A stretch of 64,000 nt of DNA from Hypanus sabinus. Taxonomy: Eukaryota. The DNA lies in assembly GCF_030144855.1 (NCBI RefSeq), contig NC_082712.1, forward strand, positions 136,896,001 to 136,960,000, written 5' to 3'. The translations under genes and the position numbers were made by a program. This document shows, in pieces, positions 11,845 to 25,677 of this stretch (position 1 is its first letter; every line of letters starts with the position of its first letter). Below the pieces are notes generated by a model, which worked only from the letters and a program-made list of their open reading frames with translations, was not told the origin of the DNA and ran no database searches.

Positions 11845-12930
11845 GACAATAGGTGCAGAAGTAGACCATTCGGCCCTTCGAGCCTGCACCGCCATTCTGA
11901 GATCATGGCTGATCATCTACTATCAATACCCGGTTCCTGCCTTGTCCCCATATCCCTTGATTTCCCCTATCCATAAGATACCTATCTAGCTTCTTCTTGA
12001 AAGCATCCAGAGAATTGGCCTCCACTACCTTCCGAGGCAGTGCATTCCAGACCCCCACAACTCTCTGGGAGAAGAAGTTTTTCCTTAACTCTGTCCTAAT
12101 TGAGCTAATTATTCTCAAATCATGCCCTCTGGTACTGGACTCTCCCAGCATCTGGAACATATTTCCTGCCTCTATCTTGTCCAATCCATTAATAATCTTA
12201 GATGTTTCAATCAGATCCCCTCTCATTCTCCTTAATTCCAGCGTGTACAAGCCCAGTCTCTCTAACCTCTCTGCGTAAGACAGTCCAAACATCCCAGGAA
12301 TTAACCTTGTGAATCTACGCTGCACTTCCTCTACAGCCAGGATGTCTTTCCTTAACCCTGGAGACCAAAACTGTACATAATACTCCAGGTGTGGTCTCAC
12401 CAGGGCTCTGTACAAATGCAAGAGGATTTCCTTGCTCTTGTACTCAATTCCCTTTGTAATAAAGGCCAACATTCCTTTAGCCTTCTTCACTGCCTGCTGC
12501 ACTTGCTCATTCACCTTCAGTGACTTATGAACGAGGACTCCTAGATCTCTTTGTATTTCTCCCTTACCTAACTCTACACCGTTCAGATAATAATCTGCCT
12601 TCCTGTTCTTACTCCCGAAGTGGATAACCTCACACTTATTCACATTAAACGTCATCTGCCAAGTATCTGCCCATTCACCCAGCTTATCCAAGTCACCCTG
12701 AATTCTCCTAACATTCTCATCACATGTCACACTGCCACCCAGCTTAGTATCATCAGCAAATTTGCTAATGTTATTCTCAATGCCTTCATCTAAATCATTG
12801 ACGTAAATTGTAACAGCTGTGGTCCCAATACCGAGCCCTGTGGCACCCCACTAGTCACCACCTGCCTTTCCTAGAAACACCCATTCACCGCTACCCTTTG
12901 CTTTCTATCTGCCAACCAGTTTTCTATCCA
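11845..12930 (-). mobile_element. 5'-truncated CR1-type LINE (RT C-terminal part and 3' UTR)
   Basis: ORF 11903-12730 with IQGDLDKLGEWADTWQMTFN, RPHLEYYVQFW, LERLGLYTLELRRMRGDLIE. Confidence 0.92.
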
Positions 12931-13009
12931 TTTAGAATTCTTAATCTATTCTTAATCTATAATTAAGGATGTTAACAACTTAACAGTTATTAAAGTAAGG
13001 AAAACAAAA

Positions 13010-14950
13010 AAACAGCCCACCATAACTAAACAGTCAATTGTGCATACGAGTTGTAGTTCATCTTGCAATTGTCTAATTCAAGCACTGGACCCTCAGTCTG
13101 TGTGAAAGCACACACCACCTTCAAAATGCTGCTCGAAATCCATCTTGAACAAATGGGATCTCGCACAGAAGTATTGGTCCTTCCTCCTTTAAGCCATTCA
13201 TCTGCATGAAGCACCTTGTGCAATAGGGATGGCATCCTCAGCCATCTTCCTTCCTGTATTCTCTCAGCTTCCACCAAAAAGACCTCAAACAACACCATTG
13301 CCCTTCATAAAAATCCTCTCCACCCATCGTTCTCTAGAACCTCCCAATTCCACCATCCTGATTGGCTGACACCACTTTCCTAAGTTAAACAAAAAAGCCC
13401 TTTATCCAATCTCAAACCCAGACAGGCTGACGGCTGAACAGACTGCGCTGCAGAAATGCTAAAATGGAATAGCTACAGAATAGCAGTAAAAATGTTAACC
13501 AGGGCATTAGACTTTCCCCCCCACCAAAAATAGTCATGCCCTCAAGACTTTGAAAAGTATCAACCCGTCATTAACAACACAGTTTTCAAAGGAATTTCAT
13601 GATGTCAGGACCTCCAATCCAGTGTGAATGGTAGTGACATATCTCACTGGGGGCAAGATGCAACACTGATCCCCCGGTGCATCATGAGCCAGCCTATCTA
13701 AGGGTGTCCTAACTTTGAGAACTCCATATCCCATCTTCAGCTCCTCCAGCTTCAACCACTTCTTGTGACCCTTCCTGTCTTCTACAGGGTGCCTCCCATC
13801 TATCCTCATGTCTTCCAGTGGCTCAGATTCCCCGCTCCATGACTGAATTTAACTTCTGTCAGTTTAGGCTGGTGAAGCTGAACATCCTTCCACTGGTGCT
13901 AACCGGCAAAACCTCTCGGAAAGGGGTGTCCTCCATCACTCCAATAGTGTGGCAAGTATTCCTGGAGTAACCAACATCAGACTCATCTGTAGAAAATACA
14001 TCTTGGTATCCCAACCTCTTCACAGTTAATTTTCTTTTCCATTCCTTGGACGTACCACCAAATTCGGGGAATCCTGTCACTCTGGCTCCTCCTCCAGGAC
14101 GTAAGATGACAGATTTAAAATGGATGCACCACACAGTTCCTTGTTTCTGTCCATCATCCTGCGTCAGAGAAACTTCCAGCCTCTCAAAAGCAGCTCTGAA
14201 CACAGGATGAATGGAGAAGATTTTCAAAAAGTTCTCTCCATTTCTCTCCTAGCATGCTCCCAGGAGACTTCTTACAATGGCAGTATTTGCTCCAACCAGA
14301 ATGGAAGATCCAGCTTTTTCAACCGGTTCTGGGCAGGCCAACACTGGGGTGTCAATCGTCTTAGTTACTCCAACATCTGCTTCCGAAAACTCCAGCTTCA
14401 ACAACAAGTAACCATCGCATGGGTACTCATCAACACTAAGCCCCCGAATCTCAAGGGCACTGAATGATGTCAAAGGTAAATGTGTCAAATCCTGCTTGTA
14501 AAAGCATTTATAAAGCCAAGTAACTTGAGAACCTGTGTCAAGTATGGCTCTAGCATGAACAATCCGTATGGATAGCCGAGCTTGGACCCTCTGAACCTTC
14601 AGGAATAGTGTTTGTTACTTTAGTATTTCTCTTAATACACTGATAGGAATGTTTCCTCTCTGAAATGTCAGCCCATTCCTTTACTGGGTCCCTCCATTTT
14701 AATTCTTTTCTTCCCTGTTTGCTTAACCATTGATTTTGTTTCCTAAGATTTTCTTGTCCTTAACACTCCTTCTTGAACTGTCCATCTTCTCCACTGTTGT
14801 AACAGAAAACACCAGTCACTTTCCTGGTCAAGGGACACCACCAGCAGCAGCCTTCGCCTTGGTATGTCCTACCAGTGGGTTTGGCTTCTTATCGGCTTAG
14901 CCAGGTTTGGTGGCAGTACCAAATGATATCATCCGAAATACCTCGGCCCT
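13010..14950 (-). mobile_element. Internally deleted Gypsy LTR retrotransposon relic (PNMA-like gag lineage)
   Basis: Degenerate knuckle FCYNSGEDGQFKKEC near 14770-14830, GLSVDEYPCDGYLLLKLEF...ILVGANT protease-distal motif, DVFSTDESDVG pre-RT motif, PPT-like tract at ~13512-13530. Confidence 0.65.
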
Positions 14951-14982
14951 CAGATCTTTCCAGACATCCTACAAAACCCCAC

Positions 14983-17596
14983 TTGTGTGGTGTACCTTGT
15001 GGCCTACATTATAATAAGGGACTACTTTATGTTTTAGTAACACATCGTTGCGTGCACTGTTAGGCACATATTGATCTGTATGCGTGTGTCAAGTTCAGAC
15101 TCTACCAGTAAAAAACCATGAAACTTAGTTCCCATCTCCAGTGTTTTTAGTAATAACATAGTTGTGTAAATAGGCCACAAACACAACAAATTGGCAGGGA
15201 GAATTATGAAACTAATAACAACACTTGGAGAAGAGAGAGAAGGGAGATGTAATGGAGCGACACAGGCATCTAGACAGAGTACGCTCATGGCACTAGCAAA
15301 ATGGACATATGAATCAAGTGGAACGTGCAGTGACTGCAAGGAGCTAGCTAAAAAGAAAACTAGGAAAAGCAGGACTAGTTTAATGTAACAAAGATGACAA
15401 TGGTTGGAACCATTCCATCATTTGATAGTGGCATTGAAACTGGGTTACTTACATTGAGTTATATTGTGATGCTAATGGTGTTAATGATGAAAAGAAAGCC
15501 AGCCTCTTACCCAGGCTATGGCTATGTCCACACTGCACTGGATAAATCCGTAACCGAAGCTTTTTCTCTTCATTTTTACCCTCTGTCCACACTAAAATGG
15601 TGCTTTCATCCCCTGAAACTGGATCTTTTCAGAAACGCTCTCCAAAGTGTGTAATTTTGAAAACGCCAGTTTGTCTGGAGCAGTGTGGACGGGGTAACCG
15701 GAGACTTCTGAAAACACTGTCAGATGCAGATTATTGTTTTCCTGAACGCAACCTAACAATTTCAGAACAGATAGCAACGAGACTGAAGCCAGAAGAGTTA
15801 GAAATTTTGAAAACACCGGTTTCACGTAAAAACAATATGTGTCCACACTATGCGTTTTTGAAAATATCTCTGTCCACATTGAAAGGGATATTTTGGTGAA
15901 TCTCCTCCTACTGGGCATGAGCAGGACACATCTACCGAAAACAAGCGACATGTTTGGTGTCGAATCTCATCGTAAAAGTGCATGTTTGTATAGTTACAGA
16001 CTAGAAAAATTTTAAACGACAGACAGCTGTTGGCTCTCGCGCAGGAGAATTTAAAAGTAAAAAAAAAACAAATACTGGAGCGTATGGAGGCAACCAACAG
16101 GGAGTTCATGGATGCCTATTGTTTTTACTTGAAACTGGGGTTTTCAAAATTATCCGGTCTAGTGTGGACGTAGTCTCAGTATTATAGGAGCAAAAACGGG
16201 TTGCAATGGAGCTTCTCAACCCCCGAAAAGTTCAAGCAAATAGTAGAGACTCTCCAACAGCATTTAAGCACCAAACCACTAGTCATTGCTGAAAGATATA
16301 AATTTCACCAACGGAATCAGAGCAAAAATGAAAGCATTTCTGAATATTGTGCTGAATTGCACAAATTATCAAAAATATTGTCAATTTGGAGTGGGTCTAT
16401 CGAACGCATTGAGGGACAGGTTAGTGTGTGGCATGCACTGTGAAACCACACAGAAGAAGCTCCTGTGTGAAGAAGACCTTGTATTAGAGAAGGTGCTGGA
16501 CATTGCAGTATCATTGGAAATAGCAGCATTGGGTGCTTGAGAGATACAACAAGAATCTCTGGAACATGCTACGAATAAAATGTCACTGAACAGAAATGAA
16601 GGAAAGAAGTGTTACCATTTTGGGAACATGTCACATGACCCTGAGGACTGCAGGTTTCAAGACAAAGAATGCAGAAACTTTGGCAAACAGGGCCACATTG
16701 GCAGAGTATGCAAAGCTGGTAAAAAGCAGAAAAAGGATAAAATACAGAGAAACAAGAAACCCCAGAAAGGAAAATACAACAATGTACACAAAATGAAAGA
16801 AAGCAGTTCTGATGAAAATGACTCAGCCAAAAGTGAACTCTCTTGCCTGCAACTTTGCAGCATGAAAGAGACAGATGATCGAAGAGTAATATGGATCACT
16901 CTACAAGTGGCAGGCTTGAGACTGAAAATGGAGTTGGACGCAGCCTCAGCTTTAACAGTGATCGCTGTACACGACTACAAATGCCCGTTTTCACACATAC
17001 CTCTGAAATGAACTAAACTACTGCTAAAATCTTAGGACAGGACAAAGGGTACATCCCAAAGATAAAATTAAACTGACAGTGACCTTCAGAGGCAAAACAC
17101 AGCAGCTGAACCTCTATGTACTGAAACATAGAGGACCACCATTACTGGGACGTGAATGGCTCAGGAAAATCCAGTTGGATTGGCACACCATCAAGGCACT
17201 AGAGGTTTCAGCAAAGAAGAGCAGCAAGGCCACATCTGAGAGACTGTCACAAATACTTGCTGACTCTGAGGAAGTGTTCATGAAAGGAATAGGAACACTT
17301 CAGGGCATGAAGGCAAAGATTGAGACTGAGGAAAATGTCCAAAATTTCATGAAGTCAGACCAGTGCCATATGCAATCCGTCCTACAGTACAGGTTGAGCT
17401 GAAAAATCCGGAGCAGACTGGGGTCCTGTCAAAGGTGGATTGGAGTGAATGGGCAATGCCTATTGCTTTAGTGATGAAGAAAACCAGCACAAAACCAGGA
17501 AAACCAAGCAAGGTCCGCATACATGGAGGCTTTAAAGTGTCTGTTAACTCAGTTCTCTGCACAGTACAGTATCCTCTACTTTGTATTGAGGACATC
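14983..17596 (+). mobile_element. Degenerate Gypsy element: probable 5' LTR (~14983-15190), gag, CCHC knuckles, protease, start of RT; cut by L1 at ~17597
   Basis: PLVIAERYKFHQRNQ...LRDRLVCG gag, paired knuckles, KMELDAAS protease, PPLLGREWL, EWAMPI...YPLLCIEDI RT start; many frameshifts. Confidence 0.85.
15514..16175. mobile_element. Non-autonomous PIF/Harbinger-type MITE inserted in gypsy gag
   Basis: TIRs ggctatgtccacact / agtgtggacgtagtc, internal tgtccacact repeats, 3-bp TSD cca/tca, extra ggctat at the left end. Confidence 0.8.
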
Positions 17597-20500
17597 TTGA
17601 GAGACATCCCACTGGTCACTGATAGAGTAGCAGCTTTTTACAATTGCTCCTATCTTACTTACTTTACTGTTTCCAACCTGTTTTGAAACCTTTCTTTTAA
17701 ACATGATATTGTTTTACTATGACTACAAGGGGTGCCAAAGGTACTAAAAATGAAGATCCTCCTCCATCTTTGGAAACTATTATGGAACTGCTTCAAAAAC
17801 ACAGAAAAGAATCTTCCACTGAAATTAAACAATTAGATGCAAAATTGGATTCTATTCAAAAAACCTTAACTGAACATGATAAACAAATAGAAGAGAATGA
17901 AGCAATGCTGATGATTTTGGAGGTGAAAATTGATGACCTGCAAAAGCCTTGTGAAAAACAATCAAATTCTAATGAAAAATTAAGACAGAAGATTGATTTA
18001 GAAAATAGAAGCAGAAGAAATAACCTATGAATTCTGGGCTTGAAGTGTTAACGGAAGGTGATCAGCCTACAGAATTCTTTGTAAGCTTTTTGACACAATT
18101 ATTTCCTAAAAGTTTATCATCTTCACCTATAATTGAATGAACTCATAGATCGCCTGTGTCCAGACCAGCTCCAGGAGCAAGACCCAGATCAGTAATAATC
18201 TGTTTTAATGTATTTCAAACAAAGGCACTATTAATTCGTGAATTCCGTCAAAGAGGAATGATTGATTATAATGGCCAGAACATTAGAATCATCGAGGATT
18301 TTTCACCCAAGGTCATGAATGAGCATGCTAAATTCAAAAAGGTTATATTGGAACTTTTCAACAAAGGCTTCAAGCCTTCTCTACGTTATCCTGCTAGGCT
18401 CAGAATTATACTGAAGGATGGCTGTAAGGAATGGTTCCGTACAACCGTAGAAGCCCAGAGATTTTTGGAATCTATAGATTGACTGTTCAGTATCTTTCTG
18501 CATGAATAATTGCTTCTTTTACTTTTGGTAAATGATTGTAGCTAACTGTCTTTTCAAACCTTTTAATACTTAACTTAGACAATAAGATTTTAATGAGTTA
18601 ATACCATGTGTGTTCATATGCATTGAATTTTGATAGGTTTTTAATTATTTTATATTATACCTACTCTTCTTGAGGTTCTTCTATCAATAAGGCTTAACAT
18701 GGGTATTTTTCATCTTACTATTTAGAAACTGTAATAATTAATCGATATGAGTTCTTGTTATGAGGACTAAGTTTTGTCTCTTTCTGTTGTTTTGTCTAGG
18801 TTGGAATGCAGCCAACTTTCAAATCAATTTGGAGCTAAAACAGCATGTCTTTTGGAGTGGGGGGGATGTGATCATAGGTGTAGCTGTCGACTGTCTATTG
18901 GTGGACCTTCCGACTTTAGGAGGAGGGTGGGGGGGGATGGATTTTGTTTTTCTGGAAGCTGTTTTGGACTCTATCCGCCAAATCTGTTGCTTGGTTACCC
19001 TATCTCAAGGTTCTTTGTTTGGTTTTAATATACATTCCAATGATTATTACTTTAACCTTTCTTGTAAATAGTATTAAAAATGGATCAGAGAATTAATTTA
19101 CTTAGTCTTAACGTGAAAGGGTTAAATCATCTTGTGAAACAGAATAAGATTTTTTGCATATATTAAAAAAACTTAAGGTTCCAAATATTTTTTTACAAGA
19201 CACTCATGTACGTAAATGTGACAATATATGCCTTTTTAGCCGATGGAGAGAGCTTCATTTTCATTCCTCTTCTCATGCTAAGTCTAGGGAAGTTTCTATC
19301 TTTATAGATAACACAGTTCCATTTGTCCACATTAAGTAGAGTCTGATACTAATGAGCATTTTGTTATAGTGTCAGGAAAATTAGACAATAAATTAATGGT
19401 ATTTGCTAATCTGTATGCCCCAAATATAGATGATCCAGGATTCTTTGAGCATTGTTTTTTTCATTTTTGCCAGATTTGAGTCTTTACTCATTGGTGATGG
19501 GAGGAGCTTTTAATTGCTGATTAGATCCAGTTTTAGATTGGCCATCTTCTAAACCAGCGACAACTCGATAAAACAGCTTTTTTATTCAATCTTTCCTAAT
19601 GAAATGCGGTATTGTTGATGTCTGGTGTTTCTTACATCCAGTACACAGGGAGTATTCACTTTTCTCTCATATCCATCATACATATTCCAAGATTGATTTT
19701 TTTTATTGATAGCCAAATTATTCCATTTGTTTGATGCTGTGAATATAAAGAGATTGCTCTCAGATCATGCTCCTGTCTTCTTGCCTTTAAATCTCCCTTC
19801 TCTCTCTCAAATAAACGGATTTTGGTGTTAAAAGTTTCTGGAGGGACAATTTCTTTTTTTTGAAGAGAATACACCAGAAGAGACTTCTAGTCTTATTATA
19901 TGGGATGCCTTCAAGGCCTATATTAGAGGACAAATTATTTCTTATACTTCGAGCGTTAAGAAAAGAGTTAATAAAGAGAGAATTGATTCAGCTAATCAGT
20001 TGAAATAATTAGCTCCAAAATAAGCCATAGCTCCAGATCCTGCTTTATATAAAAGGCTTGTTGAAATTAAAACTAAATATGATCTTCTTTTAACACATCC
20101 AATTGAAACTCAACTCCTAAAACATAAAAGTCAATTTTATATTCATGGAGACAAAACAAGTAAGTTATTGGCTAACCAAATAAAAACCTTTATAGTTAAA
20201 TGGCAAATTACAGAAATTGGTAAAGTTAATGGTGATAGGACAACTGACCATTTAGAAATAAATGATACCTTTAGAGAATTTTATTCTAAACGTTATAATT
20301 CTGACTCTCCTAAAGATTATATTGTAATGAATAATTTTTAGACCTATTAAACATTCCTAAACTTTCTGTTGATAAGTGAAAACAGTTGGATCAACCTATT
20401 TATTATGAGGAAATTGTGGAGGCTGGACGTTCATTGCACTCAGGGAAGGCTCTGGGTCCTGATGGATTTTCTGGAGGATTTTATAAGGCTTTTCCCTCAC

Positions 20501-21082
20501 TGCTTATACCTCATTTATGTTCAGTCTTTTTGGATTCCTTTAAGTTGGGTAGGTTGCCACAATCTTTTTATGAAGCTTCTATTTTGCTTATTCTTAAAAA
20601 TAAGAACCCAACTGTATGCTCTTCATACAGATGAATTTCCTTACTTAACATTGATACTAAAATCTTATCCAAAGTTCTGGCTATTATGATCAATAAAATA
20701 TTATACCATCTATCATTTCTGATGATCAGACAGGATTTATTAAAAATCGATATTCCTACATTAATATTCATTGTTTATTAAATGTTACCTATTCTCCTTC
20801 TAAGGAGATATTGGAATGTGTGATATCCTTAGATACTGAGAAGGCTTTAGGTGGGATTGAATGGAATTATGTATTTAAAACCTTAGAAAAGTTTAATTTT
20901 GGGCCCGATTTCATTCAATGGATTAAATTACTTTATTTATCTCCCTCTGCTTGGGTTCTTACTAATTTTCAGAATTCCAAACCATTTAAACTTTATCGTG
21001 GAACTGGACAAGGCTGCCCTTTGAACCCTTTACTATTTGATCTGGCCATAGAAACCCTAGTCATTGGTTTTTGAGAGTCTAG
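17597..21082 (+). mobile_element. L1-type LINE copy 1 (ORF1 17719-18482 broken; ORF2 from ~19080, truncated by LTR insertion)
   Basis: LENRSRRNNL, RPRSVIICF, IEDFSPKV, PSLRYPARL in ORF1; APE endonuclease and RT remnants (GPDGF, GTGQGCPLNPLLF). Confidence 0.9.
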
Positions 21083-24007
21083 TGTTACATACCCTGTGGG
21101 TATCTTGTGACTGTCTTATGATCATGATGTAATGGTCTTCTGATGGTGGAGTGATGTAATTATCTGCCAGTGTGAGGTCACATGATGTACTTTTCCCGTC
21201 AGTGAGAGGTCATGTGATGGCCTGTTTCAACAGGTATAAAAGGGGAAAGCCTTGCTGTGACGCAGTTCAGTTCATGGTTTAATTCGTCAGTGACTCCGTT
21301 ATGCTGCATATTCATCTCATAATGCAGTTTTGTTTTAAAATGGAATTGTAATTTCTATTTTAAGTCTCAAAGGTTATTGCTGGCAGTTTCGCCAAACACC
21401 ATCAGTTTAGTCCAGTCGGAGAGTGAAGAATTTACCAAAGTACGGAAAACCCGAAGGATCGAGAAAAGTTTGTGTCATTGGCGGTTTAATACAGGATCGA
21501 CCTTATTGAATCCTCGTTCAAAGAGGTAGTAACCTGCATCTGAGAGAGCCCCTGCATAGTGAAAGCAGAAAGGGTTGGATGCAGTGTTTCACCAAGGAGA
21601 AGGTCAGTGCCTTTAAGCCGTTTTATTTCCTTTGTCATAAATCCTTCGGGCAAGGCATATTTCAGCTGGGATCAGCAGTAACATCATGTCGTTGAGGAAT
21701 TTGTTACTTCAGGAAAGTCTCTCCTAATTGACTGTGTAAATCATTTGGACTTCCACATTCACCGCTTTTAAGAATTATGTTTGCATTTATCGCTTTAAGA
21801 TCTATTCGAGTTACCGTATAGCAGTTAACTTCCGGTTAAGTTAGTGTTACGAACCCCGTAACTGGGTCACTTACCAGCAAAGATACAGAGGTCCATTGAA
21901 GTCTGATGGTACTATTTGTAACAGTATTTATTGATAAAGGGGCACAAAAATAAGATCAATGCAAGCATACAGATAACCTACGTCATCAATACTAATATAA
22001 TAATAATCAATAAGAAATAGCTCTATCGTTGTCTAAGGGATAATGCATTGTCCGATGGAAATATAAGAGTCACTGTTTGTTCGTTCAAGCTGCAGCGTTT
22101 TGGGTTTGAGAGAGAGAGAGAGACGGGTTAAACTTGCCCAGTTCTTTGATGATGCCAATCCTTCAAGTCTTTTGGGAGTTGGTTTCCCCATTGTTAGCTA
22201 AAAGCCAGTCTCCCGTGGTAAAAGCCACCGGTTCCGGGGCAAATGGAACCGAACGCACATGGCCTCCTTCCCACCGGCTTCCGCTATTACGGGATCACTA
22301 GCGTTTCTTCTGGTGCGTCTGAAGGGGCTGTTCCCACAGACCCTCTTTTATCCTGACTCACAGGGTCTCAGAAGTCAATCAGGTTGGGGTGATGCAATCC
22401 CTCCCTCAACCAGCCGACTTTGCCTGAGGGCTTCCACGTAGCACAGTATTGCAATACACAAGTTCAGCTCCAAGAGACAATGGCCGTGTCCCGTAGCTTT
22501 ATACCGCCGGGGGAACGAGACATTCCGTACGTCTCTCTCTCTCATTTCCTGGGTCTCCTGACCCAAATCAATAGTGATCTTGTGATTCTCACAAAGGAGG
22601 GGGCTACCCCACACCCTTCGGCCCCTCAGAGCTGTGGTTCATTCATAACATTAGTCTTTTGTTTACTTTTTAAATTTTTATTGAGCAGTGTGTAATAAAT
22701 GTTTCTCTGTTTATCAAAACCAGTCTCAATTATGTACTCATTGTTGTCATATCATAACAATTGGAGGTTCTCGGGATCTGAATCTATTATTGTGCTTAAA
22801 TGCTTGTTTAATTATTGATCTGTTTTGGAAAAAGGAAATACCCATTTCTTTTGTTTGATTGGTTTGTGAGTGGTATTCGGCAACAATGAATATTGACAAC
22901 TTTCTGGCATCGTCAGACCTGGAGTTATTAGTGAAGGCAAAAAAGAGTGATGTATCTGAGATTGCTAGCAGGTTGGAACTTAGAGGTATTTCAAAGGTTA
23001 CAACAAAGCCTGAAATTCAGAGGAAAATTGTGGAACACTGTATGGATTTGGGTGTTTTTGATGAAACAGTGTTAGATACTTTCCCTGTGAGTAAAGCAGC
23101 AATCCAGTTAGTATTAGAAAAGCTTAGAATAGAAGCTGAGATAAAACAGAAACAACTGGAAGCTAACTTGGAATAACATTGGTTTGAAGCTGAAAATAAA
23201 AAGAAACAATTGGAAGCTAATTGGAACTAAGTCAGTTAAAAGCTGAAAATAAAAAGAGGGAATTTGAGCTTGCAATGATGGAATTAAGGCACAGTGATCA
23301 GTCCTCTGGTTCTCGAAAAATGTTTGTTGTTAGTCAGGAAATAAAATTGGCTCCTCCATTTAGTGAAACAGAAGTGGAGAAGCATTTTCAACATTTTGAA
23401 ACTGTTGCTCTAATTTCAGAGTGGCTGAAAGAGAAATGGCCAGTGGTGTTACAGAGTGTAAGTAAAGGCAAAGCACAAAAAGTTTATACAGCTTTAACTG
23501 TTGAGCAAACACTTGATTTTAATATTGTGAAGCAGCATATACTGAAGGTATATGAACTGGTTCAGGAAGCATATAGAGAAAGATTCAGAAATTTGAAGAA
23601 ATCCATGGAAAAAAGCTTATGTTGAATTCGCCTACAATAAAGCTGTGTGTTTTGAGAGATGGATTTCCTCTAAAAAAGTAAATGGGGGCTATAATGAATT
23701 TAAAGAGTTGATTTTAATGGAGGAATTTAAAAGGAGTGTCCCTGTTGAAGTAAGGACATACTTAAATGAGAGGGACACTGCTACACTGCAGGAATCTGCT
23801 AAATTAGCTGATGTGTATGCTTTAATTCACAAGAATAAATTTCCTCAGGGCAGAACATTTAGAAGGAAAAATCGCACAGAGAGCCAAGGTAAACCAGAAA
23901 TTAAATCAGAAGTTACTGAGGAAGGTAAGGATGAAGGAAAATATGTGAAGGTAAGACAGTTTGGTCCCATTTGTAATTACTGTAAGAAACCTGGAAATAC
24001 TTTATGA
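21083..24007 (+). mobile_element. Truncated Gmr1-like Gypsy element: 5' LTR 21083-22759 (interrupted), PBS-like site, degenerate SCAN-like gag
   Basis: LTR tgttac...ataaca, attggaggttctcgggatc PBS-like, PPFSETEVEKHFQHFE, LILMEEFKRSVP, CNYCKKPG. Confidence 0.8.
21845..22650 (-). mobile_element. Solo LTR (family of element A) inside another LTR
   Basis: TG...CA ends, 4-bp TSD ttag/ttag, reverse-complement homology to 30241-31066. Confidence 0.9.
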
Positions 24008-24014
24008 AAAGAAA

Positions 24015-24530
24015 TACTTTACTTTACTGTCACCAAACAATTGATACTAGAGCGTATAATCACCACAGTGATATTTGTTTCTGTGCTTCGCACTCCCTTA
24101 AGTACAAATCAAAGTAAATATAATAAAAATTTAAATTATAAATCAGATTTAGAAAATAGAAAAGGGAAAGTAAGGTAGTGCAAGTCAGGTCCACATATTT
24201 GGAAGGTACGGCCCAGATCTGGATCAGGATATGTTCAGCAGTCTTATCACAGTTGAAAAGAAGCTGTTCCCAAATCTGGCTGTATGAATCTTCATGCTCC
24301 TGAACCTTCTCCTGGAGGGAAATGGGACAAAAAGTGTGTTGGCTGGGTGGGTCTTGTCCTTGATTATCCTGGCAGCACTGCTCTGACAGCGTGTGGTGTA
24401 AAGTGAGTCCATGGAAGGTTGGTTTGTGTGATGTGCTGGGCTATGTTCACGATCTTCTGCAGCTTCTTCCAGTCTTGGACAGGACAACTTCTATACCAGG
24501 TTGTGATGCACCCTAGAAGAATGCTTTCTA
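24015..24530 (-). mobile_element. Rex1/Babar-type LINE 3' fragment
   Basis: RIIKDKTHPANTLFVPFPSRRRFRS...RFGNSFFSTVIRLLN and tactttactttact tail. Confidence 0.8.
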
Positions 24531-24564
24531 CAGCTACAGCTACAGCTACAGCTACAATACAGCT
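24528..24564. repeat. (TACAGC)n microsatellite, ~5 units
   Basis: ctacagctacagctacagctacagctacaatacagc. Confidence 0.85.
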
Positions 24565-24589
24565 CAGCGATTAAAAACTTAACAGGGTG

Positions 24590-24809
24590 TTACACCAGTA
24601 ACTGTGGGTTGGAGGTTATAGAGGGAGGTTGACCAAGTTAGGACTTTATTTCCTGGAGCCTAAGAGACTGAGAGGAGCCTTATGGAGGTGGACAAAACCA
24701 TGAGGGCTATGGATATGGTGAATGCACAAAGTCTTTCTCCCAAAGAAAGGGAATCAGAGAGAAAGGCGTAATTTAAGCTGGGAAGGGAAAGATTTAAAAG
24801 GGACTTGAG
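24590..24809 (+). mobile_element. Old CR1 3' fragment, left half (right half at 52267-52490)
   Basis: LGLY.LE..RLRG.L.EV.K-like sequence ending gatttaaaagggacttgag; continues after the L1 poly-A. Confidence 0.7.
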
Positions 24810-24932
24810 CCAGGTCTTCTGGTCAGATGTCGATAGTTTAGTCGCTTAAAACTATCGCTCCATTTCATTTCTTACCTCCGCACTCCTTATCTCCTTTTAT
24901 TTACTCCAGACTGTTAAATTTTTTGCTGTCCT

Positions 24933-25644
24933 TGTCATAAAAGGGGAGTTGGGAGTGGACTCGACTCAAGTGCAAGACACAGACACTGAACTACCAGGAA
25001 CAGGACTAGGTGTGAGCAGGAAGCAAGGAAAGTGGGGAAGAAAGGATGCTGGACATGACATAGACCCTGGACCAGACCCCAAAGCCTTGACGTGGTTGAG
25101 GGAGAGACAGGAACACAGAGCCTTGGTCGAGGGGGAAGACAGGAACATGGAACATAGAGCCGGGACCCCTCCTTGGGTACAGGACATAGAACTGGGACTC
25201 ATTACACAGAATGCAGAATACGATGAGATGGTTCCCAACAACAGGTAGCAGCAGATGGTTGGACCTATCTAGCAAAGCCATGGACACAGAGACAGTTCAA
25301 ATCAATGAAAGACAGTTCCTGATCATGCTCTGTTGGTTGAACTTGACAGCAGTGAAGGCAAGGGATACAGGCGAGGCGAGGCTCCAGGCAAGTTAAGGCT
25401 CCAGGAGCAGCAAGGCGTGGCGAGGCAAGGCTCCAAGAGGAAGGTGAAGGGAAGGGATACAGACAGGGGATTTGGACAGGAACAATCCAGCTGCCAGAGG
25501 CTGAATCCTGAAGCTATTTATGAGGCCAGCCCAAATGAGAATCAGCTGCCTCAACAGAAACTGGGGAAAACCGGAAAACCTGGAATAATGAACATGGACT
25601 GGACCATGAACCAGAATGCATATTTCATGGACCCTAGCATGACA
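24933..25644. mobile_element. Solo LTR inserted in the 5' UTR of L1 copy 2
   Basis: tgtcat...atgaca termini, 5-bp flanks gtcct/gacct (one mismatch). Confidence 0.7.
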
Positions 25645-25677
25645 GACCTACCTGTTTGCAAATATGCCTGTCCTACA

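Noticed and set aside
4978-25460. CRISPR-like repeat-spacer arrays among the short repeats
   Set aside because: Repeats are contiguous or LTR-internal with no unique spacers; eukaryotic context, no cas genes
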